Source: Lepidodermella squamata
Lineage: Eukaryota > Animalia > Gastrotricha
DNA: 64,000 bases
Assembly (NCBI GenBank): GCA_047495785.1
Contig: JBLDXI010000007.1
Coordinates: 3,162,001 to 3,226,000, forward strand
Direction of reading: 5' to 3'
Below the pieces are notes generated by a model that worked only from the letters and a program-made list of their open reading frames with translations, was not told the origin of the DNA and searched no databases. Within the stretch, counting starts at the first letter, position 1. Every line of letters starts with the position of its first letter. Both the position numbers and the translations under genes were made by a program. Below, one piece after another: positions 10,980-24,145 of this stretch.

Positions 10980-12944
10980 ATGAACATGCTAAGATTTATT
11001 TACGGCAATGACGCCGTACCTGGCTCAAATCAACTGAACCAAAAACTCGCATCACTCTCTTCACCCGATGCTCGGCGAAAATTATTCGAAGAAATCGAAA
11101 TTCGATCAATAGGCGGGCAGAAAGAAGCGGATGCCATTAAAACCGAAATCGCTGTCAACCAAGAAGGCGCTGAATTTACCCTGGAATTCGGCGATTATAA
11201 CGAAGCTTTCATGTTCTGCCGGGAATGCGTGTCCCATTTCGACTTTTCGGCTGAATTATTCGAAAAAATGGCTCAAGCCGCTGTTAAAACGAACCAGCCA
11301 GAAGTCGCCATTGCTTGCACCTACCTCCGAAGCCTCGTTAAATCACCACCCTACGACGACGGCGGTAAAATTAGAAAGGAGGCTTATCGCCAACTTGGCT
11401 ACAAAATCACCGGTTCATCACCGCTGTTGGACGATATCGATTTCATTAATTGCATCGAAGGGATCACTGATTTTCCAATCGATTTCGACAGCTGGGACGA
11501 ATTTTCGTTTTTACTCATCCATGCCGCTCCTTACGCTACGAGAGACGTTAAAAACGGCGAGAAAATTTGGCAGGCTCTTCAAGCGAACAGCGGCTTTATG
11601 GCTTTTATCAACAACTTCGATTTCGACGTCGTTTCGCCGTATGAAATTCGATTTTTAGCCACATTTTTCGAGGTGATTAAATCGGAAAATCTCATCAGAG
11701 CGAGATTTAACCTTGAAATTGAATGGTTCGACAATTTTCTCGTCAAATTGCTCAAGTTTCTCGGCACAGAAAATGGCGTGAAAAAAGCAATTTCGATTAA
11801 GGAGGCTTTTTCATTTTTATTTTCAACCTTTGAAAGCCATGTTTACCTGCTGATCGCCAGGCACGACTCTGTTAACGATTTGAATTGGCTGATAAATTTT
11901 TCGGTTCTGTTGATTGTCATCGACAATTTCGGTCGAGCCACGCCTGGGCTGCAAATTTCATTTTTCAAGGCGGCCGAGGGGCAGTTGAAAAACGACGAAT
12001 CCCTCCCGATTTTCATCGAATTTGTGTCATTTATTGTCGCGAGTTTGAAACTGGCAAATGAAGACTGTTTAACCTATTTGATAGCCATTTCGTCGTTAAT
12101 CGAGGATAAGCAAATCTGCGGGATTCTCGCTAAGCAAAGGAGCCTGCCAATTTCTCTGGCTATCAGCATTTCAAACGCAGGCAGAAATCTTCGAAATATC
12201 TGCAGCATTTTAGAAAAATTCGCCGAAAATGATTGGTTCAATTTGGTGAATAACAAAATTTTTGTCGCTAAATTTGTGGAAGGTTGCGAAAAACTTGTGT
12301 CGGCCAGAGGCCATTTAGAAAGCTCAGTTGATTTTATAGAACTGATAATCACGCTGCTTGGAATTGTTCGCAACAAGCCGACAGATTCGCATTTTCGCCG
12401 CCAATTATTCGCCCGGGGGAATTCGCCATTTTCCAAGGCGCTTTTCAACGATCCTGATTGCGAACGAATCGATTCCGAACTGCCGCTAATGTTGGTTATG
12501 TTGAAAATTGCCGACGACGAGACGAAACGCCGGTGGAAAAATTTGTTTGAGAAAAATTCTTTCCCGAAAATTGCGATGGCTATGAAAAATTGTTTAATCG
12601 AGAAAAAATCTAATCAGGAAAATAATTTTTCTCGTCATGTCACGCTTTTGATTTGCCTCCGTAAAATTTTCGAAATTTCCCCGCGGGTCATTTCAGCTTG
12701 TGATTTCGGCGTCTCTGCCCTGGTGTCGCTGGCTGATAATTTGCGTAAAAGTTCGGAATTTCCGGATATTATTGTTGAACTGGCCTTCGGGAAGCTGGTA
12801 GCGTGTATTGCCGAGGGCGATGCAAAGATTCGAGGCGATTTGAAGCGGCATGGAAAAATTTTGAATCAAGTCATCCAGCGTACCCGCCATGCTATGCAGA
12901 TGGGCGTGGCAGAGTTCGGTGATAGAAAAATACAGCCTTTTTAA
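10980..12944 (+). CDS. Uncharacterised 654-aa helical-repeat protein (TPR-like N-terminus, ARM/HEAT-like remainder), single exon
   Basis: Long uninterrupted ORF, AATAAA just after stop, clear N- and C-terminal similarity to the gene at 15405-21709. Fold call is from amphipathic-helix pattern only. Confidence 0.8.
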   Translation: MNMLRFIYGNDAVPGSNQLNQKLASLSSPDARRKLFEEIEIRSIGGQKEADAIKTEIAVNQEGAEFTLEFGDYNEAFMFCRECVSHFDFSAELFEKMAQAAVKTNQPEVAIACTYLRSLVKSPPYDDGGKIRKEAYRQLGYKITGSSPLLDDIDFINCIEGITDFPIDFDSWDEFSFLLIHAAPYATRDVKNGEKIWQALQANSGFMAFINNFDFDVVSPYEIRFLATFFEVIKSENLIRARFNLEIEWFDNFLVKLLKFLGTENGVKKAISIKEAFSFLFSTFESHVYLLIARHDSVNDLNWLINFSVLLIVIDNFGRATPGLQISFFKAAEGQLKNDESLPIFIEFVSFIVASLKLANEDCLTYLIAISSLIEDKQICGILAKQRSLPISLAISISNAGRNLRNICSILEKFAENDWFNLVNNKIFVAKFVEGCEKLVSARGHLESSVDFIELIITLLGIVRNKPTDSHFRRQLFARGNSPFSKALFNDPDCERIDSELPLMLVMLKIADDETKRRWKNLFEKNSFPKIAMAMKNCLIEKKSNQENNFSRHVTLLICLRKIFEISPRVISACDFGVSALVSLADNLRKSSEFPDIIVELAFGKLVACIAEGDAKIRGDLKRHGKILNQVIQRTRHAMQMGVAEFGDRKIQPF

Positions 12945-13317
12945 ATTGCTTTAACCTTTCCGCAATAAAAATGCATTTACAAGTCGTTTTTTAAACAGTA
13001 TTCTCACTTTTGTTGTTAGACTTTTTAGACTTGATTAAAATCCGATTTTGATTTATTAATCGGAAATTCGGAAAAATATTTGTCGGCAAATTAAAAAGGT
13101 AAATTGAAGTTAATAATTATCTTTTGAAAGACCTTACCTTTTTTCTCCGTTTTACTCGCCTTATTTTTTGTGTTGAATATTTTTCAGATGAGTATTAATT
13201 AAAGCCCAAAATGTTTTCGGAAAATACTTTTATTTTCCTTTCCCTATTGACACGTGCTTTTCCGATAGAGAAAAATTCGGGGAGTAAGAATCTGAAAACC
13301 GCATATTTTTATCATCT

Positions 13318-13398
13318 ACCGTTATTGAGATATTCCAGTGTCAAGTTGTCACGTGACCTTACCTTTTGTCACACCTGGACGGTTATCTCAATAACGGT
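13318..13398. repeat. Small palindromic element (mini-MITE)
   Basis: ACCGTTATTGAGATA ... TATCTCAATAACGGT 15-bp inverted arms. Confidence 0.6.
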
Positions 13399-15404
13399 GA
13401 TAGATAGGAAGCCGCTCTCAAAGAAAAAGTTCATCAGCGTGATGAGATCTATCTAGAAATGCATTCAGTTAGGTCATAGGTGATACTTCGTGCAAAATCG
13501 ATTTTGATGACACTTTAGTGCAGTTTGGTGACAGTCCCAACAGTCCCAAGCCTTACGAGACACCGGTCATTTATCCGTTTTCCTCGAATTTATACGATTT
13601 CCCAGCGCGGAGATATGCCTTTAAGACACCCTGGGGTTGTAGTCACCCTGCATGATTTTTTAAATATAGGGTGGCAGGATAAGATGCCGTTGGGCTCTAA
13701 TGGGTTAAGTTCGCGGTGTTTCGAGTTGCTAATCAACTGAAAAATATTTGGAATAATCGGGGGTAATTTATCATCCTGATTAACTAAGATAAAAATGAAT
13801 TTTAAAGGCTTCACAATAATGAATAGGAAATTTGCCTCGTAGATTTTATTACGTGCAAGCTGGTATATTTTTCGGCTCGAATTCAAATTTCATTTATTGG
13901 TAAATGAGAGAGCTTTAATTTTAAATTCAAAACTAAATAGAAGGCTAGGTACTTGATACCTCATAGGAAACGTCGGTTATGGTTATCATTTGAACAGCGC
14001 AATTTTTGACGGTGCAGTTGCAGTATTGCAACTCGAAGCTGCAATTCATTTCTACTGACAAGATACTGATTAGCACCGAGAATATTATTAGAATTTTCCA
14101 ATCGATTTTCTATATCGATACGCAGCGTAAATTTCGTGGCACCAGTTGAGCCAATTATCGAACTTGGCAAATAATTGTGAAGCGCAATCACTTCGTCGTT
14201 TTTTAATCAGTTTCTCGTAATCAAGGCTGAGTGGTTTTTATCTTGGCAAACATTGCTCTTCCCAGCTTTCGGCTAATTCGATAGTTCTGTAAAGAAATTC
14301 CTCGCCCTATTTTTTGAAGTCGTTAACATTTTATAGACGTTTCAATAAGTTTTCACTTCACTTTCTAAAGTAAATTATTTATTTTTGATAAATACCCGAG
14401 AACAGCACATCCTATAAGGCGGCAGAGCAAAAGTTAAGTATAACGGACCCAAATAAAAAAATCATATTTTCAAATAATTTCAGTTATCATGATCGTGTCG
14501 CTTTCTGGCAGTGAAGACCAGGTTTTAGACAGAAAATCACAGAGAATTTCACTTAATTTATTTGGACTTTTTAAATTACCGTATTTGTTCCTATAGCGTG
14601 TCTCATAAGTAACGCAAGCAAAGAAAATATACACGGAAAAGGGTTCAGAAACTCTAAAATGAGAGACTTTAAATTTTTTTGAAAAATTGAAAAATACTAG
14701 AATAGTAATCAGGTATGACACTTGCTAAAGTCCGAAGAAATTTGGCCCAGCCGGGTAAAATACCGAAAATTACCGAACTAGTTACCATCGGGGTTTTTCG
14801 GGTTCTCTTCAGTAAATTTTGCATTTCTTCGGTGAAATCGCGGATAATATTCTGTCGGTAGGTGTAATCTAATAAAATTAGTTGAATTTCTTACAAAAAG
14901 TTGCCGAAATAAAAAACGGTCGCGCAACTTCTGGGCCACTCTCTTTATAATAACCCGGGCTACTAAAATTTCAACTTCGAAATTTTGAAAAATTTGAAAA
15001 TCAATTTTAGTTGAATCGTTCATTTTTTATGCCTTCGAACCGGCTTGACCTGTCAAACCTGGTCTACTATTAGTGATGGGCGATATTAGCAATGGATCAA
15101 ATACGGTAAAATCTTAATTTACAGAAAATCAAAAAAGGTCAGTTTTAGGTGGATTAATTATTTGAAATTTGTTTCCGACAATTTTATCCGTAAGAGACAA
15201 TTTTGGTTCCGCCAAAAATAGGTTTTCGGAATAAAAAGGTATATTTCAAATGATTTAAAAAAAATTAAAAACTTCTGTTTTGATCACATCCCCCTTGTCT
15301 TGGAATTAGTTTTTGCTCGTTCTTTGCTCCGAGATTTTTTGAAACTTGGTTATATTTTTCGTATAAAAAATTTCAAAATTTCAAATTTTAGAGAAATTAT
15401 TATC

Positions 15405-18400
15405 ATGGCGTTCGAATTTATTTTCGGCGAAAATGCGAAACCATGCTCAGCCGAGGTTTACAACAAACTGCTCACCCTGAAATCGCCGCAAGACATCGAC
15501 AACTTCTGCGAAGAAGTTCGCACGCGGGCAGCCGGCGGTTTCAAAGCCGTCGAAGACCGGCGAAAGGCCGCAAAAGCCCTCGAAGAAAAAGCCCACAACT
15601 ACCTGCACCTCGGCTTCACAAAAATCGGCTACGAAACCCTCGTCGCAAAACTCGATTTAATCGGCCAAGATTACCGACTACTCCACATCCTATCCAGAGC
15701 CGCCACCTCGATCGAACGATACGAAGAGGCGATTTTATTCGCTAGAATGGCTGCTCAGCACTACGAGGCGCCGGGCAATACGGCTGAAATCGTTGAAGAA
15801 CTATGCGGCATACCCTACATGGCGCTTGGCTATAGCGAGGTCGTCAAATATTTCGGTATAAAACCGAAAAAATCGGAAATTCCGGAAGATTGCAAACCAG
15901 CAATTCCATTCGACGATGCCGATTATCGGAATGCGTTTGAAAATATCGGAAAAATCGAATTCTCAAATTGGAGTCTGGACTCGTTCGAAAAACGCGCCTT
16001 CTACCTGTGCCACCTATCGCTGCATGGCAAATACCGAAATTCGCCGCAATTACCGTTTTTGACGATTCGAAATTTTCAAATTTTGCTGGATTTGTTGGCG
16101 AAAAATCAGTCGTTTCAGTCGTTTTTGCTTGAGCTCGATATCGCAAAATTGAACGGCGGCGAGTTGCGACTTTTCGCATTTTTCTTACTGCTCATCGGTC
16201 AATATGTTGAGAATTCGAAAATCAGCGCTATGCTAGCCGATCAGCCGTGGTTTCATTTGATGATGAATCGAGTTGCTACAACGAGTTTCAGCCGCGAGGG
16301 CTTGGCGAATCTCGCGAAATTCGACCCTGGTTCATGTTGCGATATTTTGATGAGTTATCAAACTCTGAAATCAATTCGGTCGAGTCTTTTCGAATTTGAA
16401 TTTTTGTGTAAAATCGCGACTTTTCCGGCGTTTTGTGGGCTCAAATATTTGACGACGCCAAGTGCGGTTGGTGCGCCGAATTGTTTTTCGATCTGTTTCA
16501 TGACTTTGCCGTTTCTGCTGCCGAATGCGATGGGTCTACCTGGTGTTCGGGCGCAGTTTGATTCGTATTCAAGGGACAAGTTGGTCAAAGATTTGGATGA
16601 ATTTCTGGTCTTGATGTTTATGAATTTTACGGAATGGAAGGCTGAATTTTTGGCGGACTCCAATTTTCCAGGTAATTTTTTAAATAATTTTCTAATTTTG
16701 AGTGAATTGTTTCGAACTTGTTTTTGGTTTGATATAATGAATATTCATGAATATTTATCGGTTTTTCGATCGAGAGTTACGTGAAAAATGTTATTATGAG
16801 GGGTGAAATTAGATAAATTGTTTGCCCTTTTGATATTCGAGCTAAACAATGATATATATATGATTTTTGCCGTTTTTCGGAAATTTATTATTTAATATTA
16901 ACGATTCGAAAATGTGACTGAAAATGTAACGAATTTCGCGATAAAATACAGCAGCATTCAAAATAATTTCGTGGATAAATAATATAGCCAGTAAGTAAGG
17001 GAAATTTATGTTCAAGTTTTTAACATTTCAATATGGGTGAAAATTAGAAGAGCAGCCCCTTCGAAATTTGTAACTCCTTCCTGAGTTTTCCTATAGTTGA
17101 ATTTATCATAAATAAGCTGAAAGTGGCATTCAACGTCATTCTTAATTATTTACACATTTTCTAAAGCTTTTCTTGATCATAGGTATTAGGAATTATTAAG
17201 TACATTATAGCCAGAAAATTCAGCCATAAATCGGCAGTTTTTCTGAGAAAGTCAGATCGGTTTGAAATCGATGTTCGAGTGGAAGTTGATTTGAGAAGTT
17301 GGAAGATTTAAGCGTGAAGGGTTGATTAGAGATTGATTGATTGATTTTCTGAATCGTCCTTTCAAATTGGTCATGCCAGATCTGTCGAAGGTTCAAATTC
17401 TCTCATCAGTAAAGCGAAATGCGGGTCGATTGAAATCAAGGTTCGAGTCATTATCAATTTAGTATCCCCTTCACATTTGATATATGCTGAAATAGTATGT
17501 TTTTAAGGACCTGAAATTGAATAAAACACACGTATGACATCAATCTTTTATTATTTGAATGAACGTGAACAGAAAATTTTCAAAAAATTCAAGGCAAATT
17601 GACAGAAAAATTGAAATATAATTTTACAAGCAGCCACAGAAAATTTCAAAAAAATCGAGAAGAATTCACAGAATATTTGAAAAAATTGAGGTCATCGGCG
17701 AATTTGTGTTGCACAGCGACAAGGTACTGGTCGATTGTCAACTGACCGTTTTCCAACCTTACCCTTAGCCTCTGGAGTCGGGCGTTGATTCGAACATACT
17801 TCGGTCGTTGCCGGTGTCCTAAATATGAAAAATTGAAATATATGAAGAGAGGAAAGGCATTCGAGTACCTGGAGCTCCGGCTGCGACAGGTAACCGCATC
17901 AGACGGTGATGGCGCTCATCGTCAACCAGTTTTTCCAGTAGCTTCCAAGCACCAGGGTGTCGAACAGCAACTTGCCGATTCAGGCGGTGATGGTAACCTT
18001 CAAAAAATAATAGATTATTGAAAGGGATTAATTATCGTAAGCAAGCCTTCAACGGCATTGTTGGTACGCGTGTCCCTGCCATACGCATTCCAGTGCGCAT
18101 GAGTTTTGACATTGTTCATATGCCATCGCGGCACGAAGTAGGCCTAGAAGTTTTCTTTGTCGGGAGTGTTTCCTTCGTCAATGACACGAGCCATGTATTC
18201 CTCGACCATATGGAGAGGCAGCAAGGCGTGTTTCGATTTAGGGCCTTATGTCGGCCTCGGCATCGATGTCGCCATTCAACATCGCCACGAACTCGGCTGC
18301 TGTAGCAGGATCTCTGTAGCAGGAGCCATTGAAGCTTTCAGCGCCCGATATTCCGGCAGTAACGATGCGCCCGCTTCTCCATGCTCATGAAGCAGCTGTG

Positions 18401-21400
18401 AAAAAGCAAAATTTGATTCCTGTTCAACATTATTTTTGAAATGCAAATACCTTCTCAGCTTCTTCATCGAAGATTGTATCGTGACCAGTGTTCCCGGTGG
18501 CTGCACGCCTGCGCATGTTATTTCCAGTGAAAATCTCGGCAACCTTTTCCGGGTTCGGCGGATGATTGTGTTCTGGCTCAGCTCCCTCAAATCCATTGGC
18601 GTTGAACCGAAAGTAATTGCCGCAACCGTCTTGAAGGCAGCGCCATGATTCTGTATCGAAACAAAAACCCTCATAGGAACTCAAAATTAATGAAAATTTT
18701 CAGAATTATCAATAAAAACCTGTATAATTTCAACGGCTTTCCCTTCGGCGAATTTAATTATTGACCAATTAAAGTCTTCAGCGTATCACAGCTGCGTTTT
18801 CAATTTCAGTTTCAATTATTCAATTATTTTTGAAATTTATTAGACAATTTTACTGAGCCCCGTCTTTTTTCATCTCCATTAACACTGAAATTATACTGAA
18901 TCTGAATGAGAAGCAAGAAAATAAAAAATAAAAAAAATGGCTTCATACATAACATTTTATTTCAACAAAATTTACTACGCCATATTCAAGTTGAGGCGAA
19001 GCGGAAAAATCATTTAGCGGAGATGTCATTCGGCGGAAATATTGATTAGCGGAAAGTGATCTCAGCGGAAGTGAAAAAAGCGGAATTGATTTTAGCGGAA
19101 GTGTCCTCTGGCGGAAATGTATCTTGGCAGAAATGATATCTGGCGGCAAATGCATTTAGCGGAAATGCTGAAGCGGAAAGTAGGGCCCACGGAGCGCCGA
19201 TAGATGAGCGTAAGTCAAAAGGGCGCAGGGCGAAAGGGCGCTGTGCATAAGAGCGGCGGACCTTGGGTCATCGAATCCATTGATTTGGGTTTTCAAAAAG
19301 CGTCCTCATGTTTCTTATCCTTCTACTATGATCCATTACGAATCTTTGATAAAACAAGCAACAGCAAGACTCGGTAATAAGATATTAGTGTTCTTTATTA
19401 TCAATTGATTATATGTATACGTAAAAGTATTGTGACAACTATGTGACAAGGGAAATGTGAATGATAAGACTAGGTATTTAGCATTCATAGCAAATTGTTC
19501 TGAATCAAGCAGACACGCTAAGACAACAAATCAAAAATAATCATTGAGTATAGTAAAATCAACAGAATTTGTCAATGATTTAAGGAATGCCAGATTGAAT
19601 CAAGGTAGGGGATCAAGTTGTCCATGTCAAAGTTGGCATCATCGGCTGGGACTAGGGCTTGGAGACGACGGTCGATGTGGCGGTAGATGGACTTTGTGCC
19701 TTGACGTGCCAAGCCAGCCCGATAACGCTCATTATGGACCTCCTGAGCATTCTGTTCGGAGAGGAATGCCTCGACCCCGCGGGGAATGTGAAAAGTTTCT
19801 TCACTCCCTTGCATTGAAAATGATATTAATCATCCTATTATCCTCACTTGGCCAGTTTTGATACAGATACAGCAAGACTAGTACCCACCCAAGCCGCACA
19901 TAACGCATGATGAGAAACAGCAGCGCCACTGCTGCCCAGCAAAAGTACCTTCTTCGGTCGGCTCCGATCAACGAACGCGTCGGAAATTGTCAGTGAATAG
20001 ATCACTGGCGAATCTGTCATGGTAAATGTTCTAAATCGAACAAAGCGCGGATTCATCAACTGCGATTCAACATCGTCGAAAAAAATCCTTCAGCAGTACA
20101 AGCCATCGAGAAGATGAAGTGCAAGAAGAAAAAGCACGGTCAAGGAAACAGTAAAATTAATCACGGAGAAAGCGGACACCAACGGGAAGTTATTCAAGAG
20201 CATCCAGGCCCATAGTAGTTTCGTCCGGCACGTCAGCGTCGGTTGCGCAATAGGAGACTCAGCGCAAAATGTCATGCAAAATGTCATTTTTGTGCCCTCT
20301 AGGAGGTGTTTCGAAAGCGGATTTTTCAATTTTTCTAGCAGTTCGCTAGTTAACAGCTCGTAAATATCGTCCATCCTATTGCTCAGCGAAATCTGTTTGG
20401 CGTCTCGGAAAGAGCTGCATGCAAGTAGCCGACGCCCTGCTTGTTGAGGCGCTTAGGGGATAGGGGATTTTGAAAGCATTCGCGCCATAGGTTCAAACAG
20501 GATTCTATGGCTTTGTCTTTGAATTCGCCGATTACTGCACAGTCGATGATGATTGAAGTCGGACTGCGATCGAAGTTGACGTTCACTACGATACTTCACT
20601 ACGATTCCGTAGACTTCGGAGGTTGGCTCCAAGCGTTTGGATTTCTCTGTGTTTGACTTTCGGAGATTAAGGTGGATTAGCTGAAGCAAGGGCAACGGGT
20701 GAAATTGGAACATTTATTTTCAAAATTCAATCTGAATTCCGAATTCCATTTTTAATTTAAAAGTCCAAATTTGCCTGTAAAAATTGAAATGATTCATTTT
20801 GATTTTTTTCTAGGAATGTTGGAGCGTGAGACAATAACGCCAAGGTGTATCACCACGCCAGTCATCAGCTTCTTCCTATCCCTAGTCGATCAGCACGAGC
20901 AAACGAAGCACATTTTCGCCAATCACACGACGCTTCTGCTATTTCTCGTCAACATTTTGGACTCGCTCAATGTAAAAAATGAAAAAATGTTGCTAAGTGC
21001 CGGCCATGAACTTGCTGAAAAATCTGTTAGATTTCTTGCTATTCTCATCAAAAATTCGAATGTTGTCAAAGACTTTGCGGAAAATCAGCAATTAGTCAAA
21101 CGATTGGTCCCGTTTTTCGAACATAACTTGCCGCGAAATAATCGATTTAATTCTGATTTATTCGATGTTATCGAAAAATTCCTTCTAGCCGGAGGAAAGA
21201 AAAGCTATTTCGCCAAAATGTTGTATCGAAGGGGCGAATCTTCTGCCGCGAAATACATTTTAGAATCTTGCAATCCGAACCGAGTTTTGGTAGCTTTACT
21301 TCTGAAAGGCGCCGACGTCGAGTGCCGCCGGCGGTGGTTGAAATTGTACGGGCAAAGCAATTTGTTCAAAAATATTGGCTCGAAATTATTGAATTATTCA

Positions 21401-21709
21401 ACCGAATCGCTTACTGCTAATGGCGTTGTTAATATCTGGCTTGGAATCCATGCAATATTCTGCGAGTTGCCACAACTCGCCTCCTTGGAGTCGATTTTAG
21501 TCGGCCATCCCAGCGCTCCAATTGTTGTTAAAAAAATAATTTCAAAATCACTGGCTGGTTGTTCGAATGTGACAAGTGATGTAGCACTTTTTATTGTTGT
21601 TGTGCTTATTAAATTAGCTGAAATTAGTCTCACGTTTCGACGCATTTTAAAAGGAAGTCACAGTTTTGTCCTGCTGAAAGATTTGTTGATGGGCTACTTA
21701 AGAGTTTAA
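15405..21709 (+). CDS. Paralogue of 10980-12944, ~720 aa, join(15405..16671,20814..21709)
   Basis: MAFEFIFGENAKPCS aligns to MLRFIYGNDAVPGS; LYRRGES..ADVECRRRW aligns to LFARGNS..ADDETKRRW; phase-1 donor CCAG|GTAATT and phase-1 acceptor TTTCTAG|GA join in frame. Confidence 0.8.
17690..19190 (-). mobile_element. MULE (Mutator-like) remnant with FLYWCH/WRKY-like finger, inside host intron
   Basis: WRCLQDGC...HNHPP finger (18430-18684), RTNNAVEG motif (~18045-18075), C-terminal 'RPKYVRINARLQRL..QYLVAVQH', GCGGAA subterminal array 18990-19180. Confidence 0.75.
19190..20713 (-). mobile_element. Second MULE-like remnant with frameshifted unknown ORF
   Basis: AAGGGCG subterminal motifs 19200-19260; 19572-19814 'IYRHIDRRLQAL..PYLDSIWHSL' resembles a MULE transposase C-terminus; upstream chained ORFs unrecognised. 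Confidence 0.5.
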
Positions 21710-21904
21710 TTCATTTGTGAGAGATTAAGAGATCGTTTTTGAGTTCGATATTGTTTTGGATTGGTTAAATAAAGCATTTCGTATGTGATTCCATGGCTTT
21801 GAGGTGTGTCGGAATATTGAATACGCTTTTTCATGCGATGTTTCTTTTTTAAATACTATCATTTTTTATTTGGGGGTTAGCCCAAAACGACATCGTATAG
21901 CGTC

Positions 21905-23815
21905 AATATCTACCGGACGTTTTTTGAAACCGGCTACTTTTGCGCATTCGACGTTTCCGCACAGATTTTAAATCATGGACAATAAATTTTTCTAAATTAT
22001 TCATTTGAAATTTGCACCCCGACTTGTTTAGGGTGGCTGAGCGAGCGTCGCAACAAAAGTGAGCGAATGTCGCAATGCCAAGTGCGTTGTAGCTTAATCG
22101 CGTCTCAAGTAGCTATATGCTCGTAACACGTCGCGTAAACGCGTGTAAAGCGCGTGCATCGTAGCAGTACGAGGCGTGACTTAGCAAAATAAAAGGTTGG
22201 TGTAGCAATAGTAATAAAATTTTATTATTTTGCAATGGATGAGAGCTTTTTTCCTTGGATGAGGATGACGAGGCTGAGGTTGAAGTAGAGACGAGCCTCA
22301 CGGCAGATAGCAGCAGTTCTTATGAATCGAATTCTGATAATGATGATGATGATGGCAATAAACGAAGGAGATGTGGACCTTGGAAAAACGGAAAACGGAA
22401 AACGGCATAACAGACGCAAGAGGAGGCAGAGGACATCAAGAAAATCTTGCTTCAAGTCAACAATATATCTGCGAAGAAATGGCCTCTTGACCGCAAGGCC
22501 TACGAGACCGACGAAGGTGAAATTCGCGATTATTATTGCCCCTGTGGCTTTGATGAAACTGAAAGACCAACAAATTACCGCCTATTCTATCAAGAAAAGT
22601 CAAGTCGCTTGGGCCATGAGGCTACTTGGGGCAGGTGGCCGTAATCGAAGCAAGTGGTCCCTGCAAGATTTTGTCGATTTCGCAAAACAACACGAGGCTA
22701 TACCGGCATCAAACCACGAGAGCTTCGTCATTGGCTGTGAATACAACACGAAACTGCTGCTTCTGCTTACCCACTCGCGGCTTTACATCACAGCCTTACC
22801 ACAGGATGTTGTGAATCTGTTCATCAATCTGTTAAATGGCATTTTCTTATGATTTTCTTATTCTCTCTATCGTATTGTCAATTGTCAGTCTATCTTGTAA
22901 ACATTTACCAGGATATTCTTCGAACAGCTTGTGTTTATCAGGCATGTGCTTAATAAACAAAACTTCAAACGGACTTTTCATGAAATCGGGTGGAAACAGA
23001 AAGTAGAACAGGCAGTGTAGGGTGGAATGAGGGCGGAACCAGTATTAGTAATGTTCCATGTAAACGCGCAATTGTTCCTTGTAATAGATTTACAGCTTGT
23101 TCCCTGGAGCCAGATGAACAGAGTTACCATGTAACATTCTGCCATGTAAAAATGTCGTCTTTCCACCCAGTTTTTTTCTGTGCGGGGAGGGAGCTCGCGG
23201 AGGCGGCCGATTCCGAAAAATGGTGCCAGGCCCGGGCTGACGAAAAGAGAAAAGCTGGGCTGGTTACGACGTATTATTGCTCGAATGGCGGCCGCACGCG
23301 ATGGGGCGTCGGATATCGCGCGTGCGATTAAAGAGGCTTTCGGCGCGGCTGTGTTCCAGATTATTTGCTGGGCGCACGTGGTGATGAATTGCGACAAGAC
23401 CAGGCCCTACAAGCGCATACCTACGGAGAAGAAGTCGGACGTGCGCGCCGATTACCAACTTTTACTGCTGCCTGAGACCTGAGACTGCCGACTGGGCGAG
23501 ATATTTCAATGACACCTGGGTCGATGGGCCGGACTGGCAAAAGACTTGGTACGAGGGTGTACGGCTACCGGCTTTCTGTCGAACAACAACCCGAACGAGG
23601 GCACCAATAACGAGGTAAAGAACATCTACACGACGCTAATTCAGTTGTTCTTGCGGAATCTCCTGGATGTGCAGTCTAGTCCCGTCCTGGTCGATTCGGC
23701 GAGATCCAAGTTCGGTCAACTGTCTTCAGAAATCGTAACTGAGACGTGGTGTCTAGCGAAACCCTGGTAAAGTCGGATCCATTCTACGGAAGGGCGACTG
23801 GCTTTTAGGCGACAA
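21905..23815 (+). mobile_element. Degraded MULE/MuDR transposase element
   Basis: 'DGASDIARAIKEAF..ICWAHV' (second D and CxxH) and 'SNNNPNEGTNNEVK' (E motif); acidic N-terminus; frameshifts. Confidence 0.8.
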
Positions 23816-24145
23816 CAGTGTTGGGGATTTCATTTTTCAGATTTCAAAATCAAATACGGCAGCAAACATCGTGGGGAAAATATTGAACCGTATGCGCAAA
23901 CTGTCGAGATAATCATAAGAAACTTCAGGTTTTATGGGTTTAAACCCATCCTGGTCAACAACTTCGTATTTGACACCAAAAAGTACCTAATTTTTAATGA
24001 TCCGAATAAAAACCTGTTAACGATGGAAACCTAAGTCCAAGTTTCGAGTAGCTGATGTCTGGGACATGTTCTCCCAGCGTTATTTGTGGTTGAATCCAGC
24101 AGATACATGATTTCGAAAGATTTCGACAATTTTGGGATTAGATTT
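23816..24145 (+). mobile_element. Truncated copy of the hAT MITE family seen at 32530
   Basis: Begins CAGTGTTGGGGATTT and shares internal blocks (AAACATCGTGGG, GGTTTAAACCCATCCTGG); right TIR absent. Confidence 0.75.

Noticed and set aside
18990-19180. Regularly spaced GCGGAA array as CRISPR or regulatory array
   Set aside because: About 20-bp periodic short motifs at a MULE terminus, typical subterminal repeats.
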